Source of the DNA: a virus
Taxonomy: Duplodnaviria > Heunggongvirae > Uroviricota > Caudoviricetes
Direction: 5' to 3' (one strand)
DNA: 4,074 nt
Virus record (IMG/VR): IMGVR_UViG_3300029241_000103
Span: 1 to 4,074 of that record
Part shown: one piece after another, positions 1 to 4,074 of the stretch
Layout of the letters: the number at the start of each line of letters is the position of its first letter
Numbering within the stretch: the first letter of the stretch is position 1
Notes under the pieces: model-generated
Told to the model about the DNA's origin: nothing
What the model saw: the letters and a program-made list of their open reading frames with translations, nothing else
Databases searched by the model: none
Position numbers and translations under genes: made by a program

Positions 1-170
1 TGATGCCTGAAAAAACTGGTGTTTACTGGAATTCTCGGTTTAGCATTGCTCCTATGCTCGATAGGATGTACCGTTTTTGAAAAACAAGTAGTTATACACT
101 TTGTGGGAGCCTATTGGGAACCCGGTGTTTTCATTTCAAGGTGTAATCCATGCGGGGCATCAGAATGAGA

Positions 171-176
171 TATAAT
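171..176 (+). promoter_or_regulatory. Candidate sigma70 -10 hexamer (TATAAT) upstream of the 206..742 ORF
   Basis: Exact consensus TATAAT at 171-176, about 30 nt upstream of the ATG at 206. No good -35 is found at 16-18 bp spacing and there is no TG extension, so this is a -10 match only. Confidence 0.3.
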
Positions 177-205
177 GAGATTTTTAGTGTTCCGCTTGAG
201 AGTCT

Positions 206-742
206 ATGATGCTTACCCTAGACGAGATAGGTCAATCTGTACGTAACAATATCCAGTTGATTATTGATCATGTCGGCTTACCTCTTGCTGTTGGTCCGCT
301 CAGTGATGATGATTACAAGATTCTGTGTGGTGGCTATGGTGAGCTTGAATGGGACTATGCGTTAAGCACCTATGGCAACTCCAGAGAAAAGTATGAGTTC
401 TGCATAAAACTTGTTCAGCAAGGTCGGGTTCAGGGAATACCATCAGGAGCAGCAATTTGTGTTTATGGGGTTGAAGAAAACATCTTTCGTATCCATATGA
501 TCGAAAGGTTTTCTAGAGAAGATGAATCTCACCCATTGAAAGGGCGCATGGTTTTACTCACTCTTATGAGTGCTTTTATATTTTGTAAAGCTGTTGAATG
601 TAAAGTTGTCCACATTGTAGAGCCAGTACCAGAACTGGTGCAGTATTACGAGTCTTTTGGTTTCCGCATGGAACAGTGCGGTTATGTGATGTCTGCAGTC
701 ATTGATGAGCTGCAGGATATCTTTCTTAAATTTGCTCAGTAG
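206..742 (+). CDS. Hypothetical protein, 178 aa, with a GNAT-like C-terminal motif (possible divergent acyl/acetyltransferase fold)
   Basis: Uninterrupted ORF ending at TAG 740-742. A weak SD (GAGAG, 198-202) precedes tandem ATGs at 206 and 209; the spacing favours 209. The segment PELVQYYESFGF resembles GNAT motif B (A-x-x-x-Y-E-x-x-G-F), and the predicted strand/helix order fits a GNAT fold. The glycine-rich motif A (R/Q-x-x-G-x-G/A) is not clearly present (HPLKGRMVLL). Looks AT-richer than the phage genes by eye. Confidence 0.55.
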   Translation: MMLTLDEIGQSVRNNIQLIIDHVGLPLAVGPLSDDDYKILCGGYGELEWDYALSTYGNSREKYEFCIKLVQQGRVQGIPSGAAICVYGVEENIFRIHMIERFSREDESHPLKGRMVLLTLMSAFIFCKAVECKVVHIVEPVPELVQYYESFGFRMEQCGYVMSAVIDELQDIFLKFAQ

Positions 743-759
743 GTATAGACGAGAAGGGT

Positions 760-772
760 CTACAAATTGTAG
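760..772. promoter_or_regulatory. 13-bp palindrome CTACAAATTGTAG (6-bp arms, 1-nt centre), candidate protein-binding site
   Basis: Read directly: CTACAA (760-765), A, TTGTAG (767-772) is a perfect inverted repeat. It overlaps a 5-bp stem hairpin TAGAC-N7-GTCTA (746-762) just after the stop of the 206..742 ORF. Confidence 0.3.
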
Positions 773-847
773 GATACCCGTCCAGATTACCTTAAAGGTA
801 CATCTATGGCAGTCGTTTTGTGCTTAAACTACTAAGAAACGATGTCA

Positions 848-894
848 CCAATCGACATGATCGATTGGCATAAGTTAGCTAAACAAGCTAGCTT
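848..894 (+). promoter_or_regulatory. Candidate operator and promoter upstream of the small ORF
   Basis: Inverted repeat CCAATCGA-N5-TCGATTGG (848-868) overlaps a -35-like TTGGCA (865-870). After an 18-nt spacer comes a -10-like TAGCTT (889-894). The palindrome AGCTAGCT (886-893) lies in the spacer and -10 region. Confidence 0.3.
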
Positions 895-938
895 TAAAGA
901 GAGGGTTAGAGACGCCTTTACTGTCTCGGGAGTTTTCT

Positions 939-1112
939 ATGAAAGATCAAAAAGCAACCAAGCCACAGGTTAAGTTCGACACAATGAAAGCATTCGCAGG
1001 TATGGGTGCTGCTGTTGAAGTTCTGATGAAGGCTGCTCCTAATGCGTTCACTCACGCTACTGTCTCTGGTAAAGAGCAGCAGGGTAAGCTTCGTCGTCGC
1101 AAAGCAGCATGA
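939..1112 (+). CDS. Small hypothetical protein, 57 aa (MKDQKATKPQVKFDTMKAFAGMGAAVEVLMKAAPNAFTHATVSGKEQQGKLRRRKAA), basic C-terminal tail
   Basis: Not in the supplied ORF track (presumably below its length cutoff); translated by hand. ATG at 939 follows SD GGGAG (928-932) with a 6-nt spacer. Stop is TGA at 1110-1112. Codon choice is typical of well-expressed enterobacterial genes (GGT, GCT, CGT, GTT, CTG, AAA, GAA). An intrinsic terminator follows 23 nt downstream. Confidence 0.5.
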   Translation: MKDQKATKPQVKFDTMKAFAGMGAAVEVLMKAAPNAFTHATVSGKEQQGKLRRRKAA

Positions 1113-1131
1113 TCATAGCTGGTGCTTTTTG

Positions 1132-1160
1132 AAAACCCGCCTTTAGGCGGGTTTTTTCTT
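1132..1160. terminator. Rho-independent (intrinsic) terminator, probably bidirectional, between convergent genes
   Basis: Stem CCCGCC (1136-1141), loop TTTA, stem GGCGGG (1146-1151), then TTTTTT (1152-1157) on the plus strand. AAAA (1132-1135) precedes the stem, so the minus strand reads hairpin then TTTTC. The minus-strand gene's stop (TAA, 1160-1162) sits immediately upstream of the hairpin in that orientation. Confidence 0.8.
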
Positions 1161-1441
1161 TAGTGATGTTCTTTGCCCTTCTGTTTGCTTGTTCTGACCT
1201 GTTCCCACTCGATACGTCCTTCTTCTCGTCTTTTGTCTATGTATTCCGCAAGATCCTGAATATTGATGCAACGTTTTGCTTTTTGTGATGTGCCGATGCG
1301 ATATGTTGGAACGGGCAACTTACAAGCGTTTGCTTTTGCTTCTGCCGTGGCTGGACTCATGCCAAAGTACTTTTGGCTAACTGCTGAGAGTTCAATGTTA
1401 GGGGTATTGAATTCAGCCATCAGTAAAAACAAGGTGTTCAT
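1160..1441 (-). CDS. PrtN-family / excisionase-like small DNA-binding protein (about 93 aa)
   Basis: The N-terminus MNTLFLLMAEF... and the segment ...KLPVPTYRIGTSQKAKRCINIQDLAEYID match, from memory, the conserved pattern of PrtN (pyocin activator) / phage Xis-like proteins. Start chosen as ATG at 1441, preceded by GGAG with a 6-nt spacer. The longer GTG-initiated reading to 1468 was not used. Confidence 0.65.
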   Translation of the reverse strand: MNTLFLLMAEFNTPNIELSAVSQKYFGMSPATAEAKANACKLPVPTYRIGTSQKAKRCINIQDLAEYIDKRREEGRIEWEQVRTSKQKGKEHH

Positions 1442-1477
1442 AATTTTCTCCATCAAAACCGGCTGCACCCGGGAAAA

Positions 1478-2050
1478 TCATAATTCTGTGCTGGTGGCAG
1501 GAATTAATTTCTGCCAGATAGCGGAAACATATTTTGCCTGATGACGGGCATCGGCCAGGGCGTTGTGCCGTTCGCCATCGAAAGGCATGTCCATTTTGGG
1601 GTCGAATCCGATGGAACGCCCAAGCGTAACGATCGTGCGTACATCGTGGTCATTCCAGTATGCCCACGGGCAGATTTGTCCTGCTCGCTCATAAGCTCCA
1701 CGTAAAATTACGTTGTCGAAGGTGGCCCCGTTACCCCAGACTTTTAAATATTTCGTATTGGCTGCGTGCCGGTTAATGAAATGATTTAGTTCTGAGAGAG
1801 CATCGCTGATCGACAAAGTATCATCAATACAGATTGCAGCTCGTGCTTCAGGGCTTTGTTTCAACCACCACAGGATGGTATCGCCGTCAGGTGTAGCTCC
1901 TTGCCCCATAGCACTTTCCAGGCTAACAACTGTATAGAATTCTTGTCCGATGTCTCCGGTTTCTGGAGTGAAGAACACCGCGCCAATGGAAACGATCGGT
2001 GCATCCTTATTTTTCCCCATCGTCTCAAGGTCGATCATTAAGTTGTTCAT
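1478..2050 (-). CDS. DEDDh-type (DnaQ-like) 3'-5' exonuclease, phage-encoded, about 190 aa
   Basis: All three Exo motifs can be read: Exo I IDLETMG (D-x-E), Exo II WGNGATFDNVIL (FD), Exo III HNALADARH (H-x-x-x-x-D). Strong SD AGGAGGT lies 6 nt before the ATG at 2050. The ATG overlaps the upstream gene's TGA (minus strand reads TGATG). Confidence 0.85.
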   Translation of the reverse strand: MNNLMIDLETMGKNKDAPIVSIGAVFFTPETGDIGQEFYTVVSLESAMGQGATPDGDTILWWLKQSPEARAAICIDDTLSISDALSELNHFINRHAANTKYLKVWGNGATFDNVILRGAYERAGQICPWAYWNDHDVRTIVTLGRSIGFDPKMDMPFDGERHNALADARHQAKYVSAIWQKLIPATSTEL

Positions 2051-2826
2051 CACTTCACCTCCTGCGGCGGTTCCGGTAGCGGCATCCAGTGAGTTGCTTG
2101 CTCAATACCATTACCCGGCTTAATCGTTGCATCTCCGCGCCGAAAGGTGCTTCCGGTATAGCGTGCGGAGCATATTAGCGGTTCAACCAGAGAGCTATCG
2201 AAATTCACCGAAATAAGCACGTTCTGGCCCTTTTCAGGCATTCGCTCACTACAGCTTATCCAACCATCCGGAGTTACCGGAGAGTTGCCATTTACATCGA
2301 AGTTTGGCTCTGCGTCCTGAACCAGGAGGATGTAACCATTCTTGGCTGTATCAAGTTCTAACGCCTCGGTGACGGTGCCGAAATAGCGATTACCTAAATC
2401 AGCATCACAAGTGCTTACATCAATGGAAACTTCCATGCCTTCGATTAATTCTGGCAAGTTGTAAGTTTGGCTTACAGGTTGGCTACCCTGAAGCATGGCG
2501 GCACGGCAGGCGTTCCAGCCATCAGCATATGTTTCAGTTACACCGTCGAGATGGCAGGTAAGCAAATCCATTTCATCAAGCACTACCAGCGCTGGCGGCG
2601 CGGTGTAAAGCTGGTGCGTTCCATCAGGCAGCGAGTGACCTACATACTCACCGAACCCGTCAACACACATGCACCCATCCTCAATAATGCATGACGCCAC
2701 TGGCTCTGCTTCCAGCGATGCCAGTGCAATTTCATACGACCGGCGCTCAATATTGTCTCGAACGTCCAGGCTGCCTATGCGCTCTTTGATTTCTTTAATC
2801 AGTTCTTTGTCGGTGAAAGTTGTCAT
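2050..2826 (-). CDS. Phage protein with C-terminal DUF551 domain, 258 aa
   Basis: The C-terminal region WISCSERMPEKGQNVLIS...ATHWMPLPEPP matches the DUF551 hallmark (THWMPLPEPP) as I recall it from enterobacterial prophage proteins. ATG at 2826 with SD GAGGA about 7 nt upstream. The acidic, Cys-containing N-terminal 150 aa is unassigned. Confidence 0.75.
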   Translation of the reverse strand: MTTFTDKELIKEIKERIGSLDVRDNIERRSYEIALASLEAEPVASCIIEDGCMCVDGFGEYVGHSLPDGTHQLYTAPPALVVLDEMDLLTCHLDGVTETYADGWNACRAAMLQGSQPVSQTYNLPELIEGMEVSIDVSTCDADLGNRYFGTVTEALELDTAKNGYILLVQDAEPNFDVNGNSPVTPDGWISCSERMPEKGQNVLISVNFDSSLVEPLICSARYTGSTFRRGDATIKPGNGIEQATHWMPLPEPPQEVK

Positions 2827-2829
2827 GTG

Positions 2830-3117
2830 TTAGTCCTCATCCACTTCAACGTCATCTTTCAGCGTGATGCCGTGCCAATCATCAGCCCAACTGGTTAGCC
2901 CTGGCGCATCAATGCTAGGCATATAGACGCTTGCAGTGTGGTAGCCCTTATCGTTATCAATGCTGGCAACGTGCTCGCCGTTGTATGCGCTCAGCGTGTC
3001 CAGGACGCTATAAAACTTTCCTCCGGCTGCCCTGAAATCCTTTACAGCCTTCACAAGGCGATTCCACGCTTTTTCCTGTTCTGGCGTCAGGTCGATTAAT
3101 TCCTGCAAAGTTGCCAT
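2830..3117 (-). CDS. Hypothetical phage protein, 95 aa, strongly acidic C-terminus (…LKDDVEVDED)
   Basis: Start at ATG 3117, preceded by SD AAGGAGAG. It sits 1 nt after the TGA of the upstream gene (minus strand reads TGATATG). The longer track ORF (to 3279) would overlap the Ead/Ea22-like CDS in another frame and was rejected. Confidence 0.7.
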   Translation of the reverse strand: MATLQELIDLTPEQEKAWNRLVKAVKDFRAAGGKFYSVLDTLSAYNGEHVASIDNDKGYHTASVYMPSIDAPGLTSWADDWHGITLKDDVEVDED

Positions 3118-3118
3118 A

Positions 3119-3790
3119 TCACTCTCCTTTGATGCGAATGCCAGCGGCGCGCTCGGCTTCACTTTGTTCCCAAAACCACTTGTGAAGCGCCATAAGCTTT
3201 TCGTCAATCGGTGCATATTTGCGATTAAAGTAGGCCTGAGCATCTTTCTCAGATTCGTCCGGTAATTCGCCAGGGCCAAACAGTGTGTTATAAATCCATG
3301 CCAGTCCGCTTTTAGCGTCGCCAGTTGCCTGCCATTCGATAATGGCAGCCTGCATGACCAGAATGTTTTTCCCGATTAATAGGTCCAGTTCTTTGTACCG
3401 GTTGCGGATGTATGCATTCTCGCTTTGTAATTTTGCGTTGCGCTTCTCTGCGGCTTCCAGCTTGGCTTCTGCATCTTTGGCTCGCATCTGCCAGTTGATA
3501 GCGATGTCGATAACGCTGTTAGCACAACTGGACTCGTTCTCTTCGGCAGCTTTAGCTTCAGAAAGCTCATCAAGCAATCCAAGAACAACAGTTGGCGTGG
3601 CGAGCGTGATAAAACGCATATTGCTCATATGCTCTTCATCGCTAACATCATCGCCAGCCTCGACCGCTGCCATGTGCTGAACATAGCCGCTATCACAGGT
3701 ATTCCAGATTGCCCCTGCCTCGTGACCCCATTCACCATGTAGTGCTTTTTCTGCCGCCTCACGCAGTGCCTGGTAATTAATTTCGCTCAC
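3119..3790 (-). CDS. Ead/Ea22-like family phage protein, 223 aa, with central coiled-coil-like region
   Basis: The N-terminus MSEINYQALREAAEKALHGEW... resembles Ead/Ea22-like proteins of lambdoid prophages (from memory). The central segment EAKAAEE...AKDAEAKLEAAEKRNAKLQSENAYIRNRYKEL looks coiled-coil. Start is GTG at 3790, with a near-perfect SD AAGGAGG 6 nt upstream. GTG overlaps the upstream stop (GTGA). Confidence 0.7.
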   Translation of the reverse strand: MSEINYQALREAAEKALHGEWGHEAGAIWNTCDSGYVQHMAAVEAGDDVSDEEHMSNMRFITLATPTVVLGLLDELSEAKAAEENESSCANSVIDIAINWQMRAKDAEAKLEAAEKRNAKLQSENAYIRNRYKELDLLIGKNILVMQAAIIEWQATGDAKSGLAWIYNTLFGPGELPDESEKDAQAYFNRKYAPIDEKLMALHKWFWEQSEAERAAGIRIKGE

Positions 3791-4035
3791 TGGTTGCCTC
3801 CTTTACGGACTTTACGGATCTGCGCTGCGATGCGCGAAAAAAAAGACTCCCGCGTATGACTGTTAAGAGCTGGCGCGAACGCTGCGTTAAGAACGGCAGC
3901 ATCACAGCCGTCATCGATATAGAGCGCAATTTTTTTCTCCAGGCGCGCTTTGGCTTCCTGCAACTGCATACCCCGGCACGCACGCGGGATATACTCAGCA
4001 ATTTGAGCGATAGATTTTTCGTTCTGTTTAAACAT
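3787..4035 (-). CDS. Hypothetical phage protein, 82 aa
   Basis: ATG at 4035, preceded by SD GAGGTGA. Stop TGA (3789..3787) overlaps the GTG start of the next gene. Translation MFKQNEKSIAQIAEYIPRACRGMQLQ... has no family I can name. Confidence 0.6.
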   Translation of the reverse strand: MFKQNEKSIAQIAEYIPRACRGMQLQEAKARLEKKIALYIDDGCDAAVLNAAFAPALNSHTRESFFSRIAAQIRKVRKGGNQ

Positions 4036-4074
4036 GCTTCACCTCGATAGGCTTGATGGTGTCGATCAGTAGTC
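4028..4074 (-). CDS. 3' end of an upstream minus-strand CDS (partial; C-terminal residues …LLIDTIKPIEVKHV)
   Basis: One minus-strand frame is open from the window edge to TAA at 4030..4028, which overlaps codons 2-3 of the 82-aa gene (ATGTTTAA). Only 14 codons are visible, and a second frame is also open here, so the call is tentative. Confidence 0.3.
   Translation of the reverse strand, partial: LLIDTIKPIEVKHV

Noticed and set aside
3-80. Short plus-strand reading frame at the window start (MPEKTGVYWNSRFSIAPMLDRMYRF*)
   Set aside because: It is only 25 codons with no visible RBS context. It could be the tail of a gene beginning outside the window, but that cannot be supported from this sequence.
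746-762. Hairpin TAGAC-N7-GTCTA immediately after the stop of the 206..742 ORF, as a possible terminator
   Set aside because: The stem is short (5 bp) and AT-rich and is not followed by a T-tract, so it is unlikely to be an intrinsic terminator. It is kept only as part of the palindrome cluster.
1442-1468. Longer N-terminus for the PrtN-like gene (GTG at 1468, or ATG at 1453)
   Set aside because: The ATG at 1441 has the best SD spacing (GGAG-N6-ATG) and gives the MNTLFLLMA N-terminus typical of the family. The longer forms remain possible but are less supported.
1263-1541. Plus-strand ORF of 92 aa overlapping the PrtN-like and exonuclease genes
   Set aside because: It is antisense to two well-supported minus-strand genes with recognisable motifs, has no SD, and spans their intergenic region. 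It is most likely a frame artefact.
1504-1701. Minus-strand 65-aa ORF in an alternative frame inside the exonuclease gene
   Set aside because: It is fully embedded in the exonuclease CDS, whose frame carries the DEDDh motifs. It has no independent signal.
1856-2041. Plus-strand 61-aa ORF antisense to the exonuclease gene
   Set aside because: Antisense to a motif-supported CDS, with no RBS.
2051-2053. GTG at 2053 as the exonuclease start
   Set aside because: The SD AGGAGGT would be only 3 nt upstream. The ATG at 2050 has the ideal 6-nt spacing.
2467-2694. Plus-strand 75-aa ORF antisense to the DUF551 gene
   Set aside because: Antisense to a CDS with a recognisable DUF551 signature, with no RBS.
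3118-3279. N-terminal extension of the 95-aa gene (track ORF 2830..3279, 149 aa)
   Set aside because: The extension overlaps the 3' end of the Ead/Ea22-like CDS in another frame. An internal ATG at 3117 has a strong SD and a classic stop/start junction, so the short form was chosen.
3342-3680. Plus-strand 112-aa Ser/Ala/Leu-rich ORF, and the embedded minus-strand 70-aa ORF at 3376..3588
   Set aside because: The low-complexity Ser/Ala-rich translation is what is expected when reading antisense to an Ala/Glu/Lys-rich coiled-coil segment of the Ead/Ea22-like gene. The 70-aa ORF is an alternative frame inside that gene.
3802-3818. Tandem direct repeat TTTACGGA-C-TTTACGGA
   Set aside because: It lies inside the 3' coding region of the 82-aa gene (encoding …RKVRK…) and is only two copies, so it is a coding-sequence repeat rather than a CRISPR, iteron or att-type repeat.
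3777-4001. Minus-strand 74-aa Arg/Ser-rich ORF in an alternative frame to the 82-aa gene
   Set aside because: No SD. The Arg-rich composition is typical of an off-frame reading, and the 82-aa frame has a proper RBS and a coupled stop/start with the next gene.
3856-4050. Plus-strand 64-aa ORF antisense to the 82-aa gene
   Set aside because: Antisense to the operon, with no RBS.
1-4074. CRISPR arrays, tRNA or rRNA genes, IS-element terminal inverted repeats
   Set aside because: Reading by eye found no regularly spaced direct repeats, no cloverleaf-compatible tRNA-like segment and no transposase-like ORF. The whole window is accounted for by the phage operon and the cassette.

Overview
The window reads as part of an enterobacterial lambdoid-type prophage (inference from gene families and codon usage; no search was run). 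On the minus strand, 1160..4074 holds a tightly packed, translationally coupled operon of small phage accessory genes. In transcription order these are: a C-terminal fragment of an upstream gene, an 82-aa hypothetical protein, an Ead/Ea22-like protein, a 95-aa protein with an acidic tail, a DUF551 protein, a DEDDh 3'-5' exonuclease and a PrtN/excisionase-like DNA-binding protein. A GC-rich hairpin with a T-tract (1132..1160) sits between this operon and a convergent plus-strand cassette in 1..1130. That cassette looks AT-richer by eye and carries a consensus TATAAT -10, a 178-aa ORF with a GNAT-like C-terminal motif, a palindrome-rich intergenic region, and a 57-aa basic-tailed ORF that the supplied ORF track omits. 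The cassette is the best candidate for an undescribed accessory (moron-type) system, but its function cannot be read from the sequence. No rRNA, tRNA, CRISPR array or transposase was seen.
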